DNA of 63,286 nt, filler included, from Chiloscyllium plagiosum (lineage: Eukaryota), in NCBI RefSeq assembly GCF_004010195.1. It is 6 parts of one record of this genome, joined end to end, with 100 filler letters (N's around TTAATTAATTAA, not from the genome) between each part and the next. Parts side by side here need not be neighbours in the genome. Positions count along the whole stretch, not along the records: positions 22,654 to 28,730 come from NC_057717.1; positions 28,831 to 43,392 come from NC_057717.1; 4 more parts are not named here. One strand, written 5' to 3'. Below are positions 24,451 to 37,400 of the stretch, one piece after another. The notes below the pieces were generated by a model, which saw nothing but the letters and a program-made list of their open reading frames with translations, ran no database searches and was not told where the DNA came from. A program made the translations under genes and the position numbers. Numbering within the stretch: position 1 is the first letter of the stretch; each line of letters starts with the position of its first letter.

Positions 24451-26099
24451 GGACATAGATCAGAATAAAATTACATTAAATGTATGCACTGAAGAATGCA
24501 GGATGAATGAATTGCTGACCATCACAGCGACGTTGAAATACACAGACATCACTGCAGAGCAGTTGACCAGAGGCTAGAAACATTAATAAGCACGCACAGC
24601 AAGATCCCACAAGCAGCACTCTAACCCCAAACACATCTTACGTGATGCTGGTTAATGGTTGACGTATTTTTGTCAAATCCCAAGTCCCCAGTTACCTTAT
24701 CCCCAGCTTCAAACTTGTTCAAAAATGACAAGGCCGCAATCCAATAGGACCCGGTTACCCAGAGGTCCCAGTAAAGGCCAGCGCCCTCCCCAGAGAGAGG
24801 AGATTAAACCTCTGGGTAATACACAGACAAAACTCACCTGGGCCCCACAGGCTGCAGCCTGTCAAACAGGCCTCAGGACTGCGCTCCCCCTCTGGAGAAA
24901 GGTCTTGTTTGAAGATTTCCTGCTCCCAAACACACACTTTTCTGATCGTCAAGTGGCCAGGAAGATCCCTCTGGGAGGAAAGAGGCAGCATTAATGGGAA
25001 GGCTGAACAGGAAAATCTTTCACAGGGAGATAGCACAGCAAGATCCAAGGTTTTCCCCTCTCAAAGTAAAAAGACAGTTTCTCAGCAACAACCAAACACA
25101 AACACGTTGGGTGATGAGTTGAGTTTTCATGTTGAAAAGTTTTTGAAATGACGGTTTAGCTGATTCAACCACTCACTGCCTGCAATGATCGCATTAGGGC
25201 AACTGATGCACAGCAAGATCCCANNNNNNNNNNNNNNNNNNNNNNNNNNNNNNNNNNNNNNNNNNNNNNNNNNNNNNNNNNNNNNNNNNNNNNNNNNNNN
25301 NNNNNNNNNNNNNNNNNNNNNNNNNNNNNNNNNNNNNNNNNNNNNNNNNNNNNNNNNNNNNNNNNNNNNNNNNNNNNNNNNNNNNNNNNNNNNNNNNNNN
25401 NNNNNNNNNNNNNNNNNNNNNNNNNNNNNNNNNNNNNNNNNNNNNNNNNNNNNNNNNNNNNNNNNNNNNNNNNNNNNNNNNNNNNNNNNNNNNNNNNNNN
25501 NNNNNNNNNNNNNNNNNNNNNNNNNNNNNNNNNNNNNNNNNNNNNNNNNNNNNNNNNNNNNNNNNNNNNNNNNNNNNNNNNNNNNNNNNNNNNNNNNNNN
25601 NNNNNNNNNNNNNNNNNNNNNNNNNNNNNNNNNNNNNNNNNNNNNNNNNNNNNNNNNNNNNNNNNNNNNNNNNNNNNNNNNNNNNNNNNNNNNNNNNNNN
25701 NNNNNNNNNNNNNNNNNNNNNNNCCTTGTCGGTCTTAAAACGGGTTTGAAGTCTGGGGTTAAAGTAACCGGGGCATTGGTGACACAAACAGGTGAAACCC
25801 CCAGGATCTGGGAGACGGGACTCCCTTAGGAGGGAATTGTAACCCAATATATCTGACCCTCCGGAAAGAATTGTCACACTATCAGAGGAAAGTGGGTCAG
25901 AGAGAGGGCAGGATGATTGAATTCGACATGGAGGGAAAGAGAGTGAAAGAAAGAAATGTAAAATGGTGAGAGCAAGAGAACCAGGAGAGAGAGAGGGGGG
26001 CAGTGTGAGATTGGGGAATAGCTGCAATATTTGAACCTGGGGTGACAGGAAATAATTAAACTGGAAGTAAAAATGATCAGATTATTGAGCTCCTGCAGC

Positions 26100-26983
26100 A
26101 CTGTCACTTGTGGGATCTTGCTGTGCATCAGTTGCCCTAATGCCATCGTTGAGGCAGTGAGTGGTTGAATCAGCTAAACCATCATTTCAAAAACTTTTCA
26201 AAATGAAAACTCAACTCATCACCCGATGTGTTTGTGTTTGGATGTTGCTGAGAAACTGTCTTTTTCACTGAGAGGGGAAAACCTTGGATCTTGCTGTGCT
26301 ATCTCCCTGTGAAAGATTTTCCTGCTCAGCCTTCCCACTAATGCTGCCTCTTTCCTCCCAAAGGGATTTTCCTGGCCACTTGACGATCTGAAAAGTGTGT
26401 GTTTGGGAGCAGGAAACTTTCAAACAAGAGCTTTCTCCAGAGGGGGAATGCAGATCTGAGGTCTGTTTGACAGGCTGCAGACTGTTGGGCCCAGGTGAGT
26501 TTTGTCTGTATATTACCCAGAGGTTTAATCTCCTCTCTCTGGGGAAGGCGCTGGCCTTTACCAGGACCTCTGGGTAACCGGGTCCTATCGGATTGTGGCC
26601 CTGTCATTTTTGAACAAGTTTGAAGCCTGGGGATAAGGTAACTGAGGCCTTGGGATTTGACAAAAATACGTCAACCGTTAACCAGCATCACCTACGATGT
26701 GTGTGGGGTTAGATTGCTGCTTGTGGGATCTTGCTGTGCATGCTTATTAATGTTTCTAGTCTCTGGTCAACTGCTCTGCAGTGATGCCTGTGTATTTCAA
26801 TGTCGCTGTGATGGTCAGCAATTCACTCATCCTGCATTCTTCAGTGCATACATTTAATGTAATTTTATTCTGATCTGTGTCCAGAATCTGCCTTCTGCTC
26901 CATGCGGAGTTTGCAATAGTCTGCCCTCTACTGGGGTCAGAGCACCTTGCTGTGTGTCTGTCTGACTGCTCCATGGTGAGTTT
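26100..26983 (-). repeat. Inverted copy of the distal 3' flank of the GPCR module
   Basis: Reverse complement of ~24348-25223 and ~10400-11266. Includes CTCF-like CCAGTAGAGGGCAG on the minus strand at 26921-26934. Confidence 0.9.
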
Positions 26984-28078
26984 AGCATAAATATTGTTTT
27001 GCATTCGAGCTGATCTGTTTACACGTAAATATTACTGTGCATCGGACTATCTCAGTTTATTTAGAATTTTTTTGTATGGGAACTGTTTGTTTTTAAACAC
27101 AAATATTGTTGTGGATGGGAAGTGTCCATGTTTATATTTAAATCGTGTTTTGTTTTGGAGATGTTAATGCTTTTTCAGAAATATTGCTGTGCATTGGAAT
27201 TGATATGAATTATTTCCCGGACCACAACAACTCGCTGTATCAAAACATCTGCCCCCTTGATACCTTTTGCTCAATTCGATGGGTCCTGATATCAAGGCAG
27301 ACACATTTGCCTTGTGTGTCAGAGAGAGTAGTTACATTTCACTTAAACTCTTCCTCAATATCATTAAGAAGTGATTCATCAAAGAAACGACATGTTTTTA
27401 CAGTTCAACCAAATAAAATAAAATTTTGTACAAAGTTAGGAAGATAGAATAATCTACAGAGTTAAAAATCACACCTGGTGTTGTGTGATTTATAACACTG
27501 AAGGGAAACAGAATGGACATTATTCTATATAATGTCCATTATATAGAATAATGTCCATTCTGTTTCCCTTCAGTGTTATAAATCCCACAACACCAGGTGT
27601 GATTTTTAACTCTGTAGATTATTCTATCTTCCTAACTTTGTACAAAATTTTATTTTATTTGGTTGAACTGTAAAAACATGTCGTTTCTTTGATGAATCAC
27701 TTCTTAATGATATTGAGGAAGGGTTCAAGTGAAATGTAACTACTCTCTCTGACACACAAGGCAAATGTGTCTGCCTTGATATCAGGGCCCATCGAATTGA
27801 GCAAAAGCAGATGTTTTGATACAGCGAGTTGTTGTGGTCCGGGAAATAATTCATATCAATTCCAATGCACAGCAATATTGGTCTGAAAAAGCATTAACAT
27901 CTCCAAAACAAAACAGGATTTAAATATAAACATGGACATTTCCCATCCACAACAATATTTGTATGTAAAAACAAACAGTTCCCATACAAAAAAAATTCTA
28001 AATAAACTGAGATAGTTCGATGCACAGTAATATTTACGTGTAAACAGATCAGCTCGAATGCAAAACAATATTTATGCT
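26984..28078. repeat. Fold-back palindrome: arms 26984-27534 and 27537-28078, 2-nt spacer
   Basis: Apex reads ...GAATGGACATTATTCTATATAATG-TC-CATTATATAGAATAATGTCCATTC... The arms differ by about a dozen substitutions or small indels and one ~12-nt indel. Confidence 0.92.
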
Positions 28079-28555
28079 TCGACAAACAGCTCTACACAAC
28101 AATGTATATGGTACAACAAGGTGAATTCTGCTGATAGCCAAGTTGGAGTGGGAGACGCAGAAGGGAAAGCAGGGACAGAAGGAGCTAAACCCAGCTCCTG
28201 AGCTCAGGACCCGGTGGCCTCCCCTTCCCTGAGGACCAGGACTTGGGGCTGAGTCTGTCTCTCTCCAGCTCAGCTTCTCCAACACAAAGACACACAACAA
28301 CATCGGTCACTCTGCTGCTCGGCACGCTTTAATCAACATTTTTATTGTTTACAAATGGAAGTGATGGATACAGTCAGTGGGATAGTGCCTTTTCTCACTG
28401 GCCCCTGAATTGTGAGAAACATTGAAATATGTCCCTGTAACCCCCTGGGGGATAAGGATGGACAAACCAGCACTACCCTCACTATGTTACCATAGCGACA
28501 GGCTGCTCCATTGCTGAAACACTGGACTGAAATGAGAAAATCCCGGATGGATTGA

Positions 28556-29188
28556 TTAATGAAGGAATTTGATTGAAGGATGTATTTGGGTGAAGGGATA
28601 TCTCAGCACATTATTCAGCTGCTGCCTGAACTTAGTCTGAGTCACGGCATAAATCGCGGTGTTTGTGCAGCAACTGAGGAGCTGCAACATGAAACCCAAT
28701 TCCTGCACAAAGGGATGGAGATACACAGACNNNNNNNNNNNNNNNNNNNNNNNNNNNNNNNNNNNNNNNNNNNNTTAATTAATTAANNNNNNNNNNNNNN
28801 NNNNNNNNNNNNNNNNNNNNNNNNNNNNNNTTTAAACAGCTGAGCACAGTCACTGCTCCCAGAACCACAGCCGCCGTTTTCTCACTGCGATATTTACTTT
28901 TCAGCTTCTGGCAACAAATGGCCACAAACCGATCAAAGGTGAAAGTGACGGTGAACCAGACAGAGCAGTCAGTGGCTGCATAAAGCAGGACGGCGTGGAT
29001 ATTACACACGGGAGCGGAGTCCTTCAGGAAATAAAACTGTTCCTTATAAATAATGGGAATGTGTCTCAGGATCAGGTCGAGGATAATGACCAGGAGATCC
29101 GCCGTTGCCATGGCCCCCAGGTAACGTCTGACACATGGGGACAATCCACAATCTTTATAAAGCAGGACGTAGATGGTCACTACGTTAA
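28556..29188 (-). CDS. GPR139/GPR142-like GPCR, amplicon copy 3 (exon 2; middle replaced by spacer 28731-28830)
   Basis: Acceptor TTTTCCTTCCTCACAG|TT AAC at 29189/29188. Reads (V)NVVTIYVLLYKDCGLSPCVRRYLGAMATADLLVII...TFTFDRFVAICC..., and after the spacer SVYLHPFVQELGFMLQLLSCCTNTAIY...KFLH*. The two halves are on different contigs and may come from different copies. Confidence 0.85.
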
Positions 29189-29746
29189 CTGTGAGGAAGG
29201 AAAACAAACCCATTATCCATCAGCCTGGAGGCAAAGGGACCCGTTTGATCGGGGACCCAGTGAGATTTTCAAATGTGTCCCTGTATTCAGGGATTTATTA
29301 AAATAATTGGAGCTGGAATAACAAATGGGAAGATCTGAATTACTGAGAAAAATGTGACATAAACCACAAGAAACCCTCCCTCCCCAAACACATAGAGACA
29401 CATCCATAAGGACAGATGGTTTCTAGAACTTTCCCACACACTCGATCACTCGAGAGCAGACACAGGTCACTCCTTCCCAGTTCCTAATACGGAGGGTGGA
29501 AACGTTGCTGTCCTGAAGGATTCTCTCCCAGTTTCCTGAAGACAAATGGATTTTGGGAATTTCTGTATTTTGGTCTAAATTGTGGTCGATCCTGTGACGT
29601 GGAGAAACGTAAACGCAGGGAAAACGTATTCACCCCTTTAACTGCCTGAGGGGCCTTCGGAATAGTGTATTCTTCTCCCGGGAACGTGATCTCTTCCCTC
29701 GGGATCTTATCGTTTGTTCAATTCACTGACGTCCAGCCGTTCACAA

Positions 29747-29856
29747 AGAATGTCAGGGAGAGTACTTTCCGGGGAATGTCAGGTATAGAATGTCGTGGAC
29801 AGAACGCTCCGGGGAATGGCAGTTACAGAATGTTGGGGACAGAATGTTCCGGGGAA
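29747..29856. repeat. 40-bp tandem repeat, ~2.7 copies
   Basis: AGAATGTC/T...TCCGGGGAA units start at 29747, 29787 and 29827. Confidence 0.75.
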
Positions 29857-29864
29857 CTCTTTGA

Positions 29865-30100
29865 CCTGTCCATGACCTTCCCCCATCCTCTCTGACCTAT
29901 CACCTCTCCCCCATCTCCATCTCCCGATCACATTCCCAGCTCCCTTCCCCCCAGCCCCAGCTCCTGCCCAGCCCCCTCCCATTTATCTCTCAGACCCTCT
30001 GCCCACAAGCCTCATTCCTGATGAAGGGATTAAGCCTGAAACATTCTTTCCTATGGTCCTCGAACGCTGCCTGACCTGCTGTGCTTTTCCAGCACCACGG
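29865..30100 (+). mobile_element. Penelope-type repeat fragment (mirror of 22330-22553)
   Basis: C-rich tract, then CCTGATGAAGGGATTAAGCCTGAAACATTC. Confidence 0.65.
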
Positions 30101-30159
30101 TCCCAGTCAGGAAACAGTCCGACACCGTTATACTCACAGGATCAGGCCTGATTGGATAA

Positions 30160-30490
30160 TTTAAATTAGATTAGATTATATTACTTACAGTGTGGAAACA
30201 AGCCCTTCGGCTCAACAAGTCCACACCGACCCGCCAAAGACCAACCCACCCAGAAGCATTCTCCTACATTTATCCCTTCACTGAACCCTATGGACAATTT
30301 CCCATGGCCAATTCACTTAACCTGCACATCTTTGGACTGTGGGAGGAAACCCCTGGACCACCCAGACGAAACCCACGCAGATACGGGGAGAATGTGCAAA
30401 CTCCACACAGTCAGTCAACTGAGGCAGAATTGAACCCGGGTCTCTGGCGCTGTGAGGCAGCAGTGCTAACCACTATGCCACTGTGCTCAC
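30160..30490 (-). mobile_element. HE1-like SINE (mirror of 21947-22275)
   Basis: Reverse-complement match including the tail and the A/B boxes. Confidence 0.9.
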
Positions 30491-30499
30491 CCAGAATGT

Positions 30500-31335
30500 T
30501 TCATGAAGCCCCATCACCATCCCTGGGTATATCTTGTCCCACCGGCAGGACAGACCCACCAGTGGTGAGACACCCTGGTATACAGTCAGGGAAGGAGTTA
30601 CCCTGCAATTCCTGAACTTGATTCCAGAACCCAGGAAATCTCATGGTAACAGATCATGGTCAAGGAAATCGCCTAAGGATGGTTATCTCCTGCCCCCCAC
30701 CTCTCCTCTCGGTGATAACTCAGTTCCCCTCGATGTTGGAAACAAATCAGAGGAAGCACTGAGGGTGATAAGGAGACAGACCATCCTCTGGGTGTGAGAC
30801 TTCAATGTCCATCACCAGGAGTGTCCCCACAGGCCCACCGCTGCCTGAGCAGGGACAGGCTTCAATACACAACAGCCAGACTGGGGGAAATATTCTCACC
30901 AAACTCCTTGTCCCAGAGTGATCTGTCCCTGAGAGTATCTGTAGGATCAGCCAGCACACACTCCTGGTGGAGGGAAAGTCTCAGCCCCATATTTGACATA
31001 CTCAAGATTAGTGTGTTGCTGGAAAAGCACAGCAGGTCAGGCAGCATCGAGGAGCAGGAAAATCATCGTTTTGGGCAGCAGACCTTCATCACGAATGAGG
31101 CTGAGAGCCTCCGGGATGGAGAGATAAATCATATTAGGCGTACTGCTCACTGTGTGATGTGGCACTCCCTCCTGTGAAGTAGGACATTCTTCTAAAGGGC
31201 TGAGCACATGGAAACTGGCCATCCATGAGGCACTGTGGGCTAGTACCAGCTGCAGCATCAATGGCCTTCCCTCCAACATAAAGTCAGAAGTGGGCTATTC
31301 ACTGATGGTTTCAAAATAGTCAGCACCATTCACAA
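30500..31335 (+). mobile_element. Old CR1/L2-group LINE relic (mirror of 21100-21940)
   Basis: APE remnants PGYILSHRQDRPTSG and EEALRVIRRQTILWV*DFNVHHQEC. Confidence 0.65.
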
Positions 31336-31499
31336 CTGCACCGATACTGAAACAGGCTATTCAGCCCATCAAGAGTTTGAAACAGGAACAGAATGAGGCC
31401 ATTCCCCCATTGGAGGCTGTTACTCAGCGATTGGAGCAGATCTTTTAATCTCTCATACCTGTAACACAGGAAATGGAAGGGAACATTCAGCATTTCAAA

Positions 31500-34400
31500 G
31501 CTGCTACACAGGAATATGGGGAGCTGTGTAGACCACAGCAGTGCATTGTTCTATAAACCCGGACCAGATATCTGTCCAGCACCGGGAACTCTGCAGAATT
31601 CAGCAGTGCACTAATGTGTGAACCTGAAAGAAATATCCATCCAGTATGTGGAGCTGCACGGACTACACCATTGCATTATCAATGAACCTCAACCAGTTAG
31701 TCTGACCAACACAGGGAACAGTGCAGTAATCACCGTGAATTAATCAGTAAAAGAGGAGCAGTTACCCTCCGAGCATGTAGGACCTTGTACCCCACCCCAG
31801 TGCATTGATCTGTAGACCATTAGCCGTCACACTCCCAGAATGTAGGACTGTGTACACCACCCCAGTGCACTGATCTATAAACCAGCAGCAGTTACCCTCC
31901 CAGCATGTAGGGCTGTGTATCCCACCGCAGTGCATTGATGTGTAAACCAGGAACAGTTACCGTCCCCGAACGTAGGATTGTGCACACCACCCCAGTGCAT
32001 TGATCTGTAAACCAGGAGCCGTTAACCTCCCAGCATGCAGGACTGTGTACAACACCCCTGTGCATTGATATGTAAACCAGGAGCACTTTCCCTCCCAGCA
32101 TTTAAGATTGTGTTCACCACCCCACTGCATTGATCTGTAAACCAGGAGCAGGTACCCTTCCCGCATGTAGGACTGTGTACACGACGCCAGTGCATTGAAC
32201 TGTACACGTGGAGCAGTAACACTCCAACCATGTAGAGCTGTGTACCCGACCCCAGTGCATTGATCTGGAAGCTTAGATCAGTTGCACTCCCTGCATGTAG
32301 TGCTGTGTGCCGAACACCAGTGCATTCATGTATATACAAGGAGCGGATACCCTCCAAAAATATAGGACTGTGTACCACAGCCCATTGCATTTATCTGTAT
32401 ACCAGGAGCACTTACCCTCGCAGCATGGAGTACTGCGTACACCCCCCCACTGCATTGATCTGTAAGCCAGAAGCAGTTACCGTCCCACCATATAGAACAG
32501 TGTACACCACCCCAGTGCATTGATCTGTATACCACGAGCAGTTACCCTCCCTGCATGTAGGACTGTGTACGCCACCCCAGTGCATTGATCTGTACACGTG
32601 GAGCAGCTACACTCCAAGCATGTAGAGCTGTGTACCCCACCCCAGTGCATTGATCTGTAAACCCAGAGCAGTTACCCTACCAGCATGTAGGACTGTGTAC
32701 ACCACCCCAGTGCATTGAACTGTACACGTGGAACAGCTACACTCCAAGCATGTAGAGCTGTGTACCCCACCCCAGTGCATTGATCTGTCAGCTTGGAGCA
32801 GTTACACTCCCTGCATGTAGTGCTGTGTGCCGAACACCAGTGCATTCATGTGTATACCAAGAGCGATATCCTGCAAGAATATAGGACTGTGTACCCCACC
32901 CCAGAGAATTGATCTGTATACCAAGAGCACTTACCCTCCCAGCATGTAGGATTGTGTATACCACCCCAGTGCATTGATCTGTAAACCTCGAGCAGTTACC
33001 CTCCCAGCATGTAGGACTGTGTACACAACCCCAGTGCATTGATCTGTAACCCAGCAGCAGCTACACTCCCAGCATGTAGGACTGTGTACACTACCCAAGT
33101 GCATTGATCTGTAACCCAGCAGCAGCTACACTCCCAGCATGTAGGACTGTGTACACAACCCCAGTCCCAGTGCATTGATCTGTAAGCTTGGAACAGTTAC
33201 ACTCCCTGCATGTAGTGCTGTGTGCCGAATACCAGTGCATTCATGTGTATACAAGGAGCGGATACCATCCAAGAATATAGGACTGTGTACCCCACCCCAG
33301 CGCATTGATCTGCAAACCAGGAGCAGTTACCCTCCCAGCATATAGGATTGTGTACACCTCCCCAGTGTATTGATCTGTAAACCAGGAGCAGTTACCCTCC
33401 CCGCATGTAGGACTGTCTACACCACACCAGTGCATTGATCTGTAACCCAGCAGTAGCTACACTCCCAGCATGTAGGACTGTGTACACTACCCAGTGCATT
33501 CAACCGTACACGTGAAGCAGCTACACTCTAACCATGTAGAGCTGTGTACCCCACACCATTGCATTGCATGGAGCAGTTACACTCCCTGCATATAGTGCTG
33601 TGTGCCGAACACCAGTGCATTCATGTGTATACAGGGAGCGGATACCCTCCCCGCATGTAGAACTTTGTACCCCACCCCACTGCATTGATCTGTAAGCCAG
33701 GAGCAGTAACCCTCACAACAAGAAGAGTTGTGTACCCCACCCCAGTGCATTGATCTGGAACCCAGGAGCAGTTACCCTCCCCACATGTAGAATTTTGTAC
33801 ACCACCCCACTGCATTGACCTGTAAGCCAGGAGCAGTTACCGTCCCACCATATAGGACAGTGTACACTACCCCACTGCATTGATCTGTAAACCAGGAGCA
33901 GTTACCCTCCCTGCATGTAGAGCTGTGTACACCACTCCAGTACCTTGATCTGTACACCTATAGCAGCTGCCATCCCAGCATGTAGGAATGTGTACACCAT
34001 CCCAGTGCATTGATCTGTAAACTACGAGCAGTTACCCTCCCAGCATGAAGGACTGTGTAGACCACCCCAGTGCATTGATATGTAAACATGGAGCAGTTAC
34101 CCTGCCAGCATGCAGGAATGTGTACACCACCCCAGTGCATTGACCTGTAAACCAGGTGCAGTTACCCTCCCCGCATGTAGGACTGTGTACACTGCACCAG
34201 TGCCTTGATCTGTAACCCAGCAGCAGCTACACTCCCAGCGTGTAAGATTGTGTACACTACCCCAGTGCATTCAACTGTTCATGTGGAGTAGCTACACTCT
34301 CAGCATGTAGAGCTGTGTACCCCACCCTAGTGCATTGATTGATAAACCAGGAGCAGTTACCCTCCCAGCATGTAGGACTGTGTACACCACCCCAGTGCAT

Positions 34401-37400
34401 TCATCCGTAAACTAGGAGCAGTTATCCTCCCAGCATCTAGGACTATGTACCCCACCCCAGTGCATTGATCTGTAAACTAGGAGCAGTTACCCTCTCAGCG
34501 TTTAGGACTGTGTACACCACCCCAGTGCCTTGATTGATAAACTAGGAGCAGATACCATTCCAACATGTAGGACTGTGTACACCACACAAGTGCATTTATC
34601 TATAACCCAGGAGCAGTTACCCTCCCAACGTGTAGGACTGTGTACACCACCCAGTTCATTTATCTGTAACCCAGCAGCAGCTACCCTCCCGGCAAGTAGA
34701 GCTGAGAGTACCACCCCAGTGCATTTATCAGTACATCTGGAACAGTTACCATCACTGCATGGAGAGTTGTGTACAGAACCCCAGTGCGTTCATCTGTAAA
34801 CCAGGAGCAGATACTCTCCCAGCATGTAGGACTGTGTACAGCACCTCAGTGCATTGATCTGTAATCCAGGATCAGTTACCCTCCCTGCATGTAGCGCTGT
34901 GTACCACCACCCTAGTGCAATGATCTGTAAACCAGGAGCAGTTAACCTCCCTGCATGCAGGACTGTGTTCACACCTCAGTGCATTGATCTGTAAAGCAGG
35001 AGCAGTTACGCTCCCTGTGTGTAGGACTGTGTACACCACCCCAGTGCATGGATCTGTATCTCAGGAGCAGTTACCCTCCCAGCATGTAGGACTGTGTACA
35101 CCACCCCAGAGCATTGATCTGCAACCCAGGAACAGTTACACTCACAGCGCGTACACAGAGTGTACGCAACCCCAGTGCATTTATCTGTAAACCAAGAGCA
35201 GTTACCCCCCCAAGCATGTAGGACTGTGTACCCCACTCCAGTGCATTGATCTGTAAACCAGGAGCAGTTGCCGTCCCAGCATGTAGAGCTGTGTACACCA
35301 CTCCAGTGCCTTGATCTGTACACCTATAGCAGCTGCCATCCGAGCATGTAGGAATGTGTACACCATCCCAGTGCGTTGATCTGTAAACTACGAGCAGTTA
35401 CCCTCCCAGCATGAAGGACTGTGTAGACCACCCCAGTGCATTGATCTGTAAACTAGGAGCAGTTATCCTACCAGCATGTATGACTGTGTAGACCACCCCA
35501 GTTCAATGATATGTAAACCAGGAGCAGTTACCCTCCCAACGTGTAGAACTTTGTACACCACCCATCTGCATTGATCTGTAAACCAGGAGCAGTTACCCTC
35601 CCAGCATGTAGGACTGTGTATCCCACCCCAGTGCATTGATGTGTAAGCTTGGAGCAGTTGCACTCCCTGCATGTAGTGCTGTGTGACAAACACCAGTGCA
35701 TTCATGTGTATGCAAGGAGCGGATAGCCTCCAAGAATATAGGACTGGATACACCACCCCAGTGCATTGACCTGTAAACCAGGAGCAGTTACTCTCCCAGC
35801 ATGTAGGACTATGTACACCACGGAAGTGCATTGATCTGTAACCCAGGCGCAGTTACCCTCCCAGCATGTAGATCTGTTTTCGCCACCCCAGTGCAATGAT
35901 CTGAAAACCAGCAACATTTACCCGCTCAGCATGTAGGAAAGTGTGCACCAACGCAGTGCATTGATCTGTAAACCAGAGGCAGTTACCCTCCCCGCATGTC
36001 GAGCGGTGTGCACCACCCCAGTACATTGATCTGAAAATCAGGAACATTTACCCGCTCAGCATGTATGACTGTGTACACCACCCTAGTTCATTGATCTGTA
36101 ACCCAGGAACAGTTACCCTCCTGCATGTAGAGCTGTGTACACCACCCTAGTGCATTGATCTGTAAACCAGGAGCAGTTACCCTCCTGCATGTAGCGCTGT
36201 GTACACCACCCTAGTGGATTGATCTGTAAACTATGAGCAGTTACCCTCCCAGCGTGTAGGACTGTGTACCCCACCCCACTGTATTGATCTGTGACCCAGG
36301 AGCAGTTACTCTCGCAGTATATATTGCTGTGTACCCCACCCCAGTTCATTGATCTGTAAACCAGGAGCATTCACCCTCCCAGCATGCAGGACTGTGTACA
36401 CCACCCCAGTCATTGATCTGTAAACCAGAGGCAGTTACCCTCCCCGCATGTCGAGCGGTGTGCACCACCCTAGTGCATTGATATGCAAACCAGGAGCAGT
36501 TACGCTCCAAGCATGTAGGTCTGTTTTCGCAACCCCCGTACATTGATCTGAAAATCAGGAACATTTACCCGCTCAGCATGTAGGACTGTGTACACCACCC
36601 TAGTGCATTGATCTGTAAACCAGGAGCAGTTACCCTCCCAGCATGTAGGACTGTGTACACTGCCCCAGTGGATTGATCTGTAAACTACGAGCAGTTACCC
36701 TCCCAGCGTGTAGGACTGTGTACCCCACCCCACTGTATTGATCTGTGACCCAGGCGCAGTTACTCTCGCAGTATATATTGCTGTGTACCCCACCCCAGTT
36801 CATTGATCTGTAAACCAGGAGCATTCACCCTCCCAGCATGCAGGACTGTGTACACCACCCCAGTCATTGATCTGTAAACCAGAGGCAGTTACCCTCCCCG
36901 CATGTCGAGCGGTGTGCACCACCCTAGTGCATTGATATGCAAACCAGGAGCAGTTACGCTCCAAGCATGTAGGTCTGTTTTCGCAACCCCCGTACATTGA
37001 TCTGAAAATCAGGAACATTTACCCGCTCAGCATGTAGGACTGTGTACACCACCCTAGTGCATTGATCTGTAAACCAGGAGCAGTTGCCGTCCCAGCATGT
37101 CGGACTGCGTACACCACCCCACTGCATTGATCTGTAAACCAGGAGCAGTTACCCGCCCCGCATGTCGGACTGTGTAGACCACCCCAGTGCATTGATCTGT
37201 AAGCGAGGAGCAGTTACCCTCCCCGCATGTAGGACGGTGTGCCCCACCCCACTGTATTGATCTGTGACCCAGGAGCAGTTACTCTCGCAGTATATATTGC
37301 TGTGTACCCCACCCCAGTTCATTGATCTGTAAACCGGAGCATTCACCCTCCCAGCATGTAGGACTGTGTACCCCACCCTAGTGCATTGATGTGTAAACCG

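Noticed and set aside
25724..26662. Possible solo LTR (TGTCACA at 25872 ... TTTGACA at 26662; purine tract AGGAGGGAA before TGTAAC at ~25838)
   Set aside because: The target duplication is imperfect (AGAAT/AAAAT), an internal motif also occurs outside the proposed boundary, and there is no PBS or gag/pol evidence. It needs a repeat-library search.
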